DNA of 39,345 nucleotides from a virus. A model generated the notes under the pieces. The model did no database searches. It was given only the letters and a program-made list of their open reading frames with translations, and was not told the DNA's origin. The first letter of the stretch is position 1. The number at the start of each line of letters is the position of its first letter. Made by a program: the position numbers and the translations under genes. The stretch is taken from the UHGV virus genome UHGV-0210810; one strand, 5' to 3'. This document shows positions 24,585 through 33,764 of the stretch, piece after piece.

Positions 24585-24629
24585 CGTAACGCGTAACATA
24601 AATATATCATGTAACGCGTTATATGTCAA
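24585..24629 (-). promoter_or_regulatory. Promoter of the RHH/antirepressor module with two TAACGCGT(T/A)A operators
   Basis: TTGACA-N17-TATATT with TG extension; palindrome in the spacer and a second copy near +1. Confidence 0.72.
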
Positions 24630-24675
24630 GAGTTTTTTCTATTTCACATCAATTTTATGCGAGCTTCACCACCAA

Positions 24676-24706
24676 AAAAGCTGCTCCCCAAACGGGGAAC
24701 AGCTTT
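24676..24706 (-). terminator. Terminator after fic
   Basis: AAAAGCTG.TCCCC/GGGGA.CAGCTTTT stem. Confidence 0.75.
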
Positions 24707-24721
24707 TGTTCTGTCGGTTTA

Positions 24722-25327
24722 TTACAGCTCTTCTGCTTTGTAGACGGTGTATCCTTCGTAGTAGTAGCTGTGGTCGATGCCCTTCATGTAGATGTCCCGA
24801 CTGTCCACCTCACCGGTCAGCGCTGCCTTGAGGATATATTTGATTTCAATATCCTTGATTGGGCTTCGCTCCATCGCCAGCAGATAGTCGTTTTTGTCCA
24901 CGCGGCTCCAATCCACCACCTGGTGCAGCTCTTTTTTCAGCATCAAATCCAGCCAGATGCGTGTGCTTCTGCCGTTTCCCTCTCGGAACGGGTGTGCAAT
25001 GTTCATCTCTACATATTTTTCGACGATTTCGTCAAAGGTGCTCTGCGGCATTGCTTCCACATTTTGCAAAGCAATCTCCAGATACATCACCGGTGCAAAG
25101 CGAAAGTTTCCCTTTGCAAGGTTCACCGTCCGCACCTGACCGGCAAAATCATAGATTTCCGAAAACAGGTACGCATGGATTTTGCAAAGCGCCTCCACGC
25201 TTCCCGGCTTTAAGGTATCCAGATACCCGCTCTCAAACAGCTCCATCGCTTTTTTCTTGCTGATTCGCTCTTCCTCCCTCGCCAACTCTGCCGAGTTTGT
25301 CAGATGCAGCTTGTTTTCCAGCGCCAT
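24722..25327 (-). CDS. fic: Class III Fic protein adenylyltransferase (moron)
   Basis: HPFREGNGRSTR; C-terminal autoinhibitory SYYYEG; own promoter TTGCAG-N18-TATAAT (25394-25365). Confidence 0.93.
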   Translation of the reverse strand: MALENKLHLTNSAELAREEERISKKKAMELFESGYLDTLKPGSVEALCKIHAYLFSEIYDFAGQVRTVNLAKGNFRFAPVMYLEIALQNVEAMPQSTFDEIVEKYVEMNIAHPFREGNGRSTRIWLDLMLKKELHQVVDWSRVDKNDYLLAMERSPIKDIEIKYILKAALTGEVDSRDIYMKGIDHSYYYEGYTVYKAEEL

Positions 25328-25416
25328 TCTGCTCCACACTCTCCTTTTCTGATTTTCTGCTCTTATTATACCACGAAGGGAAGCTCCCCTGCAATCATCC
25401 TTTCTTTTCCCGCAGA

Positions 25417-25593
25417 CTAGATTCCTGCGCTGTCCCCAATCAGCTCTTTAAGCTCGGTGTACTGCTCCGGTGTAATCCTGTCAAAGAGCATAAAGACATC
25501 CAGTTTCGACTGCCAGTCCGACCTGTTCAAAGCGCCGGATGCCTTCTGTCTGATAATTGTGCGTTTCATCATTTCGTAGGTTGCCATAATCAT
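25417..25593 (-). CDS. XkdX-like small tail-region protein
   Basis: Manual translation ending KLDVFMLFDRITPEQYTELKELI; AAAGGAG RBS. Confidence 0.7.
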   Translation of the reverse strand: MIMATYEMMKRTIIRQKASGALNRSDWQSKLDVFMLFDRITPEQYTELKELIGDSAGI

Positions 25594-25605
25594 TTCTCCT
25601 TTGTT

Positions 25606-25917
25606 TTACATATTGGAAGCACTCAGGCTTTCAAGCATTAAGATTCTAAAATCTGTGTCGATGATGTTTTCGTCGAGCTTTGCCTGCACCTCGGCAAGAC
25701 GTTTGTGGGTTTCTGCCAGCGGGTCGAAGGGCAGGATTTCCTCCTCCTGCTGGGTTTCGGGGTCGGTGCGGTAAAAGCATCCTTCTCGGTATGTATCGCC
25801 GATTCCCGCACCCAGCCCATCTGGGATAGTAACGGCATTGCCAAAGTCAGAGGCGTTGCGCGGGTCGATTTCGATGATGTTTACGACGGTGTTTTTCTCA
25901 ATTACTGCGTGTCGCAT
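25606..25917 (-). CDS. Putative tail fibre assembly/accessory protein
   Basis: MRHAVIEKNTVVNII...GIGDTY.EG.F; follows the fibre gene. Confidence 0.65.
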   Translation of the reverse strand: MRHAVIEKNTVVNIIEIDPRNASDFGNAVTIPDGLGAGIGDTYREGCFYRTDPETQQEEEILPFDPLAETHKRLAEVQAKLDENIIDTDFRILMLESLSASNM

Positions 25918-25928
25918 GCTTTTCCCTC

Positions 25929-27668
25929 CTATCTTGCATCGCGGATGATGACGATGCCTTGGGCGCCGGCGCCGCCTCCCCAATCGCCACTTGAGGAAGC
26001 CCAGCCTGCACCACCGCCACCACCATAACCACCGCCTCCCTTTCCTCTGGAAAAATTAGTCGGAGAGCTACTGCTGACCCATCTGCCATCACTAGATAAC
26101 TTTGGGCTTCCTGCCCCTCCTGCACCTCCAACTCCTCCACCTCGAGAACAACCACCGCCTCCACCGGAATATAGTTCAGCGCCCGTATCTTCAAACTCCC
26201 GTGTTGTTTTACCTTGCCCTAAACCTCCAGAAAAGGTAGAGCTATCATATCCACCACCTCCATTTCCACCATCAGACCCACCTTCTCCGGCATTTCTGGA
26301 GTTGGTGGTAGTTCCACCACCACCGGAACCTCCATGTGCAGGATATGTAGAACTATTTTTCCCACCTGCACCACCGCCATTGGCAGTATACGAATCAAAA
26401 CTTGTGTTTCCACCGCTGGCAAATAGTCCATTGCCCCCGGAGCCTACCGCAATTTGTACCCTTTGACCCCTCTGGATAGTAATTTGCTTGTAAGTCCGAG
26501 TATAACCCCCGCCACCACCTCGGATATGACCTCCGGCACCACCCCCACCGACCAAAAAGACATCAATCTGTGCATCCTCCGACAGCCACTCGAGCACACC
26601 GGAGGAAAGGAACTTAATCCGCCAATGGTTGTTTTCATCCTTGACGAGGGTGTGGTTGCCGGTATAGCTGTACTTCGGGTAGATTTCCGGGATGTAATCC
26701 TTCACAGCTGGTTCTTTGTATTTTCCATTTTTGGCAATCGCATAGACAGCAAAATAATAATGGATACTGTCCTGCAAATTGGACACCGTACAGCTTATCC
26801 CTGTACCGCTGTACACCTGTGTTCCATCGTTCGGGTTTGCAGGTGCAGAATCAATCTTCTGGATGACCCTCACCTCTTGTAAGCTCTGCTGGGTCGGATT
26901 GGTCCACGTCAGGGTGGCGTTCCCTTTATTTCCTTCCAGCTTTAAGCCGCTGACCGGATTCGGAACATCGGAAGGCGTTGCACTTGCAATCGCGCCGGTG
27001 GCATCCAGCTGGAATTTGTTCTGGCTGTTGTATGCAAAGCCGCGGGCAAAATAGGTGTGCTCCCACTGCACACCCTCGGTGTAGGTAAAGGTCGTACCAG
27101 TGCCTTTGTAGACCTGTACACCGTCGGTCACACTGTTCGGCGCGCTGCCCTCCTTGACAATCAGCACCATGCCTGCAAAGTTTTCATCTGATGGATTTGT
27201 CCATGTAAAGACAATGCTCGGCGTTTCTCCTTCGGGCGTGCTCGCTTGCATATTGCTCACCTGCGCAGGCAAAGGTCTTGGCGCTCCGCCGCCGGCAGAA
27301 GCCCAGCACCGGCGGGAGGTTTTGTCAAAGTTGATGGTCACCACCTCGCCAGCCTTCCACGCATCATTGAGCGCCGGGTCGGTGCCCTGATAGAGGTTGT
27401 AGGCGGTGTCCTCCACCATGACCACATCGCCCTCGACAAAGGCGCGTGGCATCTTCAAGGTAATGGCAAAAATTCCGGCATCCCCCACCGGGAACAACGG
27501 CGCCACCTGGAAGCTCCCGCCTGTTTCCAGCACCGTGCCGGAGTTGGAAAGGTTGGTCCAGCCCGGTGCCCGCTCTTCGAGCTTCTCAAAGTTTTCTACC
27601 AGTTTCTGCACATCCGCAGCATCGGTATAATCAGGCAAGTTAAGCCCTAAATACTTTCCCTGTCTCAT
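25929..27668 (-). CDS. Tail fibre/receptor-binding protein with two FN3-like domains and Gly-rich C-terminus
   Basis: Two TWTNP...P....DG.QVY.GTG repeats; DVFLVGGGG.GG...GA.GIVIIR Gly-rich domain. Confidence 0.82.
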   Translation of the reverse strand: MRQGKYLGLNLPDYTDAADVQKLVENFEKLEERAPGWTNLSNSGTVLETGGSFQVAPLFPVGDAGIFAITLKMPRAFVEGDVVMVEDTAYNLYQGTDPALNDAWKAGEVVTINFDKTSRRCWASAGGGAPRPLPAQVSNMQASTPEGETPSIVFTWTNPSDENFAGMVLIVKEGSAPNSVTDGVQVYKGTGTTFTYTEGVQWEHTYFARGFAYNSQNKFQLDATGAIASATPSDVPNPVSGLKLEGNKGNATLTWTNPTQQSLQEVRVIQKIDSAPANPNDGTQVYSGTGISCTVSNLQDSIHYYFAVYAIAKNGKYKEPAVKDYIPEIYPKYSYTGNHTLVKDENNHWRIKFLSSGVLEWLSEDAQIDVFLVGGGGAGGHIRGGGGGYTRTYKQITIQRGQRVQIAVGSGGNGLFASGGNTSFDSYTANGGGAGGKNSSTYPAHGGSGGGGTTTNSRNAGEGGSDGGNGGGGYDSSTFSGGLGQGKTTREFEDTGAELYSGGGGGCSRGGGVGGAGGAGSPKLSSDGRWVSSSSPTNFSRGKGGGGYGGGGGAGWASSSGDWGGGAGAQGIVIIRDAR

Positions 27669-27677
27669 ATCTTCCTC

Positions 27678-28343
27678 CTATATCGTTTTTGAGCCCAGTT
27701 GGATATTCCCCCACGACAGCTCTTTTACTGCTTCCCAATTTCTATAACCGTCCAGTACCTCTCCCCATGTCTGAAATTTGTACAGCACCTTGATGATCAG
27801 GTTTGCCGGAATCAGCTCGTACAGCATCTCATACAGCGGGGCAAGGTCAGGGATTTTGGTTGTCCCCCGATAGTAGATATAGATTACATACGGCTCGCCC
27901 TGCCGGTAAAAATCTCCCCATTTGCGCCTGGATGCGTTGTGCCAGCTTTTGTACTGCTCCTGCACCTGTTGCCATGTCAGTTCCTGTGCATCCCACCACA
28001 TTTCAATCTCCACCGGCACGCCCAGATAGGTCTCCACCACCCGCCGCAGGGTATCAAGGTTGATGACACCCCTTGCCCTTAACTTTGCAAGGCAGGCGTT
28101 GCGCCGGTCCTCCAGTGTGCCGCCAATCGGTGGAGATACACCCAAAATCTGCTCCCAGCGGCTGATTCCTTCTGCATCCGCAAAGGTCACCGTTTTGTTG
28201 TCCACAATCCGCTTGATTTTGCCGTTGAGCGCATCCAGATAGGGATTGATTATCTTTGCCATCAGCTGGATGTCCTCCATATCCTGTAAAACCTCCGGCA
28301 GGCAGCTTACATAATCGGCAGGAATTTCATAAAATTTAGCCAA
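27678..28343 (-). CDS. Baseplate protein (DUF2313/XkdU-like)
   Basis: GISRWEQILG...TLEDRR and IPANL; follows baseplate J. Confidence 0.8.
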   Translation of the reverse strand: MAKFYEIPADYVSCLPEVLQDMEDIQLMAKIINPYLDALNGKIKRIVDNKTVTFADAEGISRWEQILGVSPPIGGTLEDRRNACLAKLRARGVINLDTLRRVVETYLGVPVEIEMWWDAQELTWQQVQEQYKSWHNASRRKWGDFYRQGEPYVIYIYYRGTTKIPDLAPLYEMLYELIPANLIIKVLYKFQTWGEVLDGYRNWEAVKELSWGNIQLGSKTI

Positions 28344-29448
28344 CCGCTTTCACCTCTTTTAGGGTAACTGTCCCCAGCTTTGCCACCTCAAACTGTCCAA
28401 AGGTTTTGCTCAGCGTCACACTGCCGCTACTGTCGTTGAGCATTACCTGTGTTGCATCCCGGATTCCCAAATCAGCATCCAGAATCGCCGCGATTGCCTT
28501 TGAGTGGTAGATGGTGTCCTCCTCAAAAGGCAGCCCTTCGATGTATGCTTTCAGCGCCGCTTCCACCTTCGGCTTTATCAGCTCAAACTGTGAGCTTTCC
28601 CGCAGCTTCAGGGTGGCAGAGAGATTGATCACCTTTTCTGATACCGTTTTTACCTCCGGCTTGTGCCCGATGGGGGCAATTCCGTCGCCCTCCTCTTTTA
28701 CAGCATCCTTCACCCGCTTGAGCAGCTCTTCCTGTGCCGGTTTTCCCTGCTCGTCTGTGATGATGATTCCCACACGCCCGGGTCCCATCACCGGCGCACC
28801 AAAGACCGCTACCTTACCAACACCCTCAATCTGCATGACCTTGCGCTTATAGTCCGCTTTGTTGCCACCGTATGGCTCCGAGCGCACATACAGGTAAAAT
28901 CGTTCCCGCAAGCTCTCGTCGGTTTCATCGTCCCTTGCCGGAATCAGCGGGTCAGATGCCAGCTTTGCATAGCCAAAGTTTCCTCCGATGTTGTCCACCG
29001 GCAACAGGGTATCCCGAGGCCAGTTTCCTACCACACCGTATTGCTCGCACTCTGCCTTGTACTGCCCGATGTCGATGCGCTCGATCAGCCGGAAGGTCAC
29101 CTCATCAATGGCAAATCTCGTTCCCAGCGGCACATCATAGGGTGCGTTTTTAGTATCAAAGATGGTGATTTTCCGCAGGGCTTTGGTCGCCGGCTCTCGG
29201 TTGATGCCAAAATCGTTTGTCACCCGGTCCAGCCACTGTCCGGTGGCAGTATCGGCAAACAGCTGCAAGCCCATCAAAAAGCCCAGCATAAAGTTTTGGC
29301 GAGCTAAAAAATAGGCGGACGGTGCAAGGGTGTTGTACATAATAGAACCCTCGCGTTTGTCCACCTTGTCTGGCACCTGCTCCAGCATATCCTTGATGAT
29401 GTCGCCGTATCGCCAGCCACTATCTAATACTTGGTACTTGGTTTCCAA
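28336..29448 (-). CDS. Baseplate J/XkdT-like protein
   Basis: DKREGS, ETDESLRER, GGNKADY, GPG.V and GIAPIGH. Confidence 0.92.
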   Translation of the reverse strand: METKYQVLDSGWRYGDIIKDMLEQVPDKVDKREGSIMYNTLAPSAYFLARQNFMLGFLMGLQLFADTATGQWLDRVTNDFGINREPATKALRKITIFDTKNAPYDVPLGTRFAIDEVTFRLIERIDIGQYKAECEQYGVVGNWPRDTLLPVDNIGGNFGYAKLASDPLIPARDDETDESLRERFYLYVRSEPYGGNKADYKRKVMQIEGVGKVAVFGAPVMGPGRVGIIITDEQGKPAQEELLKRVKDAVKEEGDGIAPIGHKPEVKTVSEKVINLSATLKLRESSQFELIKPKVEAALKAYIEGLPFEEDTIYHSKAIAAILDADLGIRDATQVMLNDSSGSVTLSKTFGQFEVAKLGTVTLKEVKAVG

Positions 29449-29839
29449 TGTTAAACCTCCTTTCAATCGGTACTGCACCGAAGATGGTGTCCACAGTAAA
29501 GTCCACCACTACCGATTCCCGGTCAAAGGTGTAGGTATAATCCCTTGTCCCCTTGATGCGGTCGTCCTGTGTCAGCGCTTCGTCCAGCCTGCGCTGGATG
29601 TCCGCCTCCACCAGTGTCCTGCGCTTGCCCACAAGCTCTGCCAGCTCTACGCCGTAGTCGTAGGAGTAAATCTTATAATCAAATCGCTCCACCGCCAGAA
29701 TCAGGAAGATTGCCTGGTTGATTGCCTCCACGCTGTCGCACATCCTGCGCCCCAGCCGTTTGTTTTCCAAATCCAGTTGATAGGTCACGCTGGTCGGTCG
29801 CTCCCCTGTCAGCCGACGGTATGTTTTTAATACGCTCAT
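29420..29839 (-). CDS. XkdS/DUF2634 baseplate wedge protein
   Basis: IYSYDYGVEL.EL and EALTQDDRI. Confidence 0.88.
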   Translation of the reverse strand: MSVLKTYRRLTGERPTSVTYQLDLENKRLGRRMCDSVEAINQAIFLILAVERFDYKIYSYDYGVELAELVGKRRTLVEADIQRRLDEALTQDDRIKGTRDYTYTFDRESVVVDFTVDTIFGAVPIERRFNIGNQVPSIR

Positions 29840-30243
29840 CCTTCCTCCTCCGGCACCCGATCGATGATGAAGTATCGGTTGGAGCCTTGCTTTTGCTGCA
29901 CCATATACCGCTGTCCCGCCTCCATCTTGTCGTATTCTACGGTAACAGGGATGCGGTCAAATTTTAATCTGGAAAGCTCCACCCTTTCCCCTGACTTTTT
30001 GACGATCAAAACCTGATTGTCCAGTTCCTCCTGCGTCAGGTCAAAGGAAATCCGCGCCTTGTATTTTTTCAGATGCTCCGGCACATTTACCATGTCCATT
30101 TCAATCTCGATTGGCTTGTCGTCCACCTTTAACCCTTTGCCTGTATAGGTTGCAAACACCGCATCGGATAGGTTTTGGTTTTTGATGTAATTGCCGACCG
30201 TTTGCTTGATGAGCCTGAGCAGCTCCGGTCCAAAATCTGCCAT
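29836..30243 (-). CDS. XkdR/DUF2577-like spike protein
   Basis: Gene position and C-terminal GQRY...QG.NRYFIIDR. Confidence 0.7.
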   Translation of the reverse strand: MADFGPELLRLIKQTVGNYIKNQNLSDAVFATYTGKGLKVDDKPIEIEMDMVNVPEHLKKYKARISFDLTQEELDNQVLIVKKSGERVELSRLKFDRIPVTVEYDKMEAGQRYMVQQKQGSNRYFIIDRVPEEEG

Positions 30244-31226
30244 TATGTCCACTCTCCCCATCGTAGATTTAAGCTCATCGTGTGCTGGCTGCTCGTAAAG
30301 ATATGGGTAACGCCTTCGACCACCATCCATGCACTGATGCTTTCTTGCTGTAACTCCACCTTGATGCCGCTGCCTGCGTGTACTCTGGTGTCTCCGATTG
30401 CATCCAGTTTTAAGGACTGCGCCTCTTTGTTTTTGAGAGCCAGCAGCATCTGCGCAAGCTGCTGCATCTGTGCATCGTTGCGGTCGGTGGTGACCTTTTC
30501 ATAGTGCATGATTTTGCCCCATTTGGCGATATTGGCACTGTCCTGCGCCACATACACCTTCCTCACGCCCGCCTTTTCGTCGTCCTTTGCCAGCTTGAGG
30601 TGGTTGGCTACACCGTCGTCGTCGATTGCTTTTTCGTATTCAAAGCCGGTGCAAAGGCTTTCGTCCCCTATCACCAAAGGCAGTCGCAAGTCCAATGTGT
30701 CCACAAGGTCGAGCTGCCCAAAGTTATCAAACAGGGTGTACCAGTAACCGTTCAGCCCCAGATTTTCACGGATGGCATCATAGAGCATATCCAGGTGGCT
30801 TTTGCTGTCAAACAGCTTTTTGCTGAGATTGACCCCGGTGCTGTCGATGCTACCCAAGCGAATCCTGTTCCCGTCAGATACCGCAGCCGCTACCACATTG
30901 AGCCAGTCGCTCAGCGGCATTTCCTTGCGCAGGATGGTGTTGGTCGGCTTAAAATACCGCAGCTGGTCGGCACAGGTGCATTGAAAACGCTCCCGGTTGC
31001 CGCCAGTCCTCTGCAAATATCCGTAAAACATCGGTGCGCCATCGTATGTAAATGTCACCGTCGAGCCATTGGAAAAGCGCCTGCCGCCCTGTCTGGGATA
31101 GGTAAAGGTAAGGGTGCTCGCTCCATCGTTCCACACCTGATGCAGCCTGATATTGCCGGCAATGTCCGACAGCTCAAACACCCCTCCGGCTTGGCTGTCC
31201 ATGATGAGCAGTTTTCCTTTTCCCAT
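30243..31226 (-). CDS. XkdQ/YqbQ baseplate hub protein
   Basis: DQLRYFK, QDS.NIAKWG and IGD.RV.AG. Confidence 0.85.
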   Translation of the reverse strand: MGKGKLLIMDSQAGGVFELSDIAGNIRLHQVWNDGASTLTFTYPRQGGRRFSNGSTVTFTYDGAPMFYGYLQRTGGNRERFQCTCADQLRYFKPTNTILRKEMPLSDWLNVVAAAVSDGNRIRLGSIDSTGVNLSKKLFDSKSHLDMLYDAIRENLGLNGYWYTLFDNFGQLDLVDTLDLRLPLVIGDESLCTGFEYEKAIDDDGVANHLKLAKDDEKAGVRKVYVAQDSANIAKWGKIMHYEKVTTDRNDAQMQQLAQMLLALKNKEAQSLKLDAIGDTRVHAGSGIKVELQQESISAWMVVEGVTHIFTSSQHTMSLNLRWGEWT

Positions 31227-31228
31227 CC

Positions 31229-32044
31229 TCAGTCTCCTTTGCCGTACCTGGTTTTGATGTATTGGTCGTATGCCTGCTTTATATCGTTCCAACATTGCGC
31301 CGCCGGACTGTTCTTCCAGTCGGGTGCAATCTTGTCCCAAAGGTTTCCCCAGTTGATTGTGGGTGCCTCCACTAGCTCCCCGGTGATGTTATTGATGTAA
31401 TAATCCTTCTTTTCCGTATCTATAATCGGCTTGTCCACCGGTGGGTCGAGCAAATCAATCTCCTTGCCCGTTTCCGTGTCCAGCAATGTCCCGTTGATGG
31501 GGTCATGTATCACCCCATTGCCCGGATTATTGGAGGGCTTTAGAGAATTGTTCGGCTCATCTGTTTTGTCGTAAACCGTTTCGTCCTTTTTTATGACAAC
31601 TTCCGGCTGTGTCGGGATTTTCCCCGGTCGCGGAATTTCCGGGATGGCAGTGTCCCGGATGGCAGCTGCTTTGTATTCCAGCACATTGACCGCTACCTGA
31701 TACACCCCGCCGTACTGCTCTTTTGCGGTATATCCTTTTAGCAACACCTGCTGAGACAGGCTCTTTTTCTCCCCGCGCACAATCAGCCGCACCGGCTCTT
31801 TGCTCCTTTGCAGCTCGTCGAGCTTGCTGATGATTTCGCCCGCTCGAGTAAAGCCCTTGCTGTGGTAATGCTCGGGGAAATCCTGCAATCGACATTCCCA
31901 ACTCCATTTTTTCAGGTCGGGGTCGTCCGCTTTCGGGAAGTATCCTGTGCCGATGCCGTTGTAGACAATCAGCTCCCGGGAGCCGGAAAAATCAAAATCG
32001 GTGACCCCGTAAAAGTAAATATCGTCTAAGTACACATCGTACAT
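31229..32044 (-). CDS. XkdP-like tail tube initiator
   Basis: Position after tape measure; KEPVRLIV...LEYK. Confidence 0.6.
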   Translation of the reverse strand: MYDVYLDDIYFYGVTDFDFSGSRELIVYNGIGTGYFPKADDPDLKKWSWECRLQDFPEHYHSKGFTRAGEIISKLDELQRSKEPVRLIVRGEKKSLSQQVLLKGYTAKEQYGGVYQVAVNVLEYKAAAIRDTAIPEIPRPGKIPTQPEVVIKKDETVYDKTDEPNNSLKPSNNPGNGVIHDPINGTLLDTETGKEIDLLDPPVDKPIIDTEKKDYYINNITGELVEAPTINWGNLWDKIAPDWKNSPAAQCWNDIKQAYDQYIKTRYGKGD

Positions 32045-32055
32045 CCGTACTCCTC

Positions 32056-33603
32056 CTAATACACGCCGTCCGCAGCCGTTTCCACGCTGGTCCGCAGGCT
32101 TTCCAGTGCAAACTCTGCAAACTCATCAAAGTCGGCTGTTTTCTCGATGGTCGTGCCGTTAAAAATCATCTGTGGGGCAAGGGTCGCTGTCGAGAATTTT
32201 GCAAGCCATTTCTGCCCCTGGATGTCCAGCAGATAGCGCATGGATTCTTCTTCGATTTCCACCTCGCCCTTTACTTTGATGGGTGCAGAGTTTGCAACCT
32301 CGACCGGCAGCTTTGCTCCAGCGGCGGGAAGATTGGCAGAAAGGTCGGCAAACTGCTTTTTGGCGCTTTCCATATCCATCTCCACTCCGGCGTCAATCTG
32401 TTTGGATACCGCCGACATGGCAGCCATGCCTCCGACCAATCCGGCAACTGCCGCAGTCAGATTAACAACATCCAGTGTCGTCAGCGCCGTTACTGCCTTG
32501 AAGATTGCCATTGCTGCCGTTGCGGTCATCTGCACGCCTTTGTACACAATGAATGCAGTCGCACCGCCCAAAACCGCAGGAGCCAGCCAGTTGAGATTTT
32601 CCGCCACCCACGCGATTCCGCTGCCAATCAGCTCCATTCCGTTTGCCATCAACGCAATAAACGGCTGATATTTTCCGGCGTCCATCTCTGCATTTAAGCG
32701 CCGCATGGTGCCCGCAAGAGTTTCCATCGCCGGTGTCGCACTCTCTGCAATCGCTGTTTTGAGGTTGGATGTAAAGATGTTGGTCTGGGTCGTGAGGTTG
32801 TCAAAGTTTGCGTCCACAACCTCCTGCGTAGCTCCAAATCGGTTAAACATCTGGTCTACATAGTCGAGCATCCCTTCGATGTCACCGGTGTTTGCAAAGT
32901 TTCGTATCATCTCGCCGGAAAATCCGCTCATGTTAAAGCGGTCTTTGATGCTCATGGTGTCACCGGATAAAAGCTCCCGCATCGCAAAGACTGCGCCCTC
33001 TGCACCCTGTGTCGGGTCTTTTGCATACAAGCGTTCGGTCAGCTTCATCATCCGCTCGAACTGGTCTGCGTTTTTGGTATAAGCACTGTATGCTGTCACC
33101 GCATTTGCAAGATCCTCCCGCCCTAAAGCGGACACCTTGGCATAGGCTGATACATAATCATACAACGCGCTTCCGGCAGCCTTGCTGTTTAAAAGCGCCT
33201 GAAAGGTGGTTTCCTGCACCTTTTGCATGGCGGACAGGTTGATGGCATCCATCGTCCCTTTCCATGCTTTGCGTGCAGCGATACCTACTGCTGCAAAGCT
33301 GGCAGCATCACCAATTAAGGAACGCACCCCGGACGAGCCTGCGTTCCACCCGTCCACGCCTCCCTGATGGTCTCCTAACTTTTTATAAGCCTGCTCGGTG
33401 CCTGCGATGGTATCGTTTAACTCCTCATGCCCTTTTCGCGCCCGTTTGGTCGCTCCTACTGAGGTGTCGCCAAACGCATCCGCCGCCTTGGACGCATCTT
33501 TGGTATTGGACTTTACCTTGTAGAGCTCTTTGGAGATGTTTCTGAGCACAACACTGCCGTCATCCTTGATTTGAAATCTCGCATCCAATGTCTGTGCCAT
33601 CAC
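32056..33603 (-). CDS. Tape measure protein
   Basis: Ala/Gly-rich and helical with a hydrophobic segment; follows the tail chaperones. Confidence 0.82.
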   Translation of the reverse strand: MMAQTLDARFQIKDDGSVVLRNISKELYKVKSNTKDASKAADAFGDTSVGATKRARKGHEELNDTIAGTEQAYKKLGDHQGGVDGWNAGSSGVRSLIGDAASFAAVGIAARKAWKGTMDAINLSAMQKVQETTFQALLNSKAAGSALYDYVSAYAKVSALGREDLANAVTAYSAYTKNADQFERMMKLTERLYAKDPTQGAEGAVFAMRELLSGDTMSIKDRFNMSGFSGEMIRNFANTGDIEGMLDYVDQMFNRFGATQEVVDANFDNLTTQTNIFTSNLKTAIAESATPAMETLAGTMRRLNAEMDAGKYQPFIALMANGMELIGSGIAWVAENLNWLAPAVLGGATAFIVYKGVQMTATAAMAIFKAVTALTTLDVVNLTAAVAGLVGGMAAMSAVSKQIDAGVEMDMESAKKQFADLSANLPAAGAKLPVEVANSAPIKVKGEVEIEEESMRYLLDIQGQKWLAKFSTATLAPQMIFNGTTIEKTADFDEFAEFALESLRTSVETAADGVY

Positions 33604-33764
33604 TCACCCCTCCTCACCTCTGCCGCAATCTCGTCCGATGCTGCCAGAAAAGCCTTTTCCCGCACCGGCAGCAGATAATATTGCTCCGGTAAAATATTGT
33701 GGTTTTGCAGGGCAAGGTGAGCTTGCAAAGCAAACGCATCCCCACCCTGCTTAATCAGTTTTTT
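33600..33764 (-). CDS. -1 frameshift extension of the tail assembly chaperone (gpGT-like)
   Basis: Slippery A AAA AAC at 33764-33758 just before TGA; -1 frame is open (LIKQGGDAF...EVRRGE*) up to the TMP start. Confidence 0.75.
   Translation of the reverse strand, partial: KKLIKQGGDAFALQAHLALQNHNILPEQYYLLPVREKAFLAASDEIAAEVRRGE

Noticed and set aside
25929..26560. CCACC/GGTGG repeats as a CRISPR array, collagen repeat or DGR variable region
   Set aside because: They are Gly codons without regular spacing or a GXY period; no reverse transcriptase or template repeat is seen in the window
25606..27668. Tail fibre inversion (shufflon) system
   Set aside because: No second recombinase, inverted crossover sites or alternative fibre ends found
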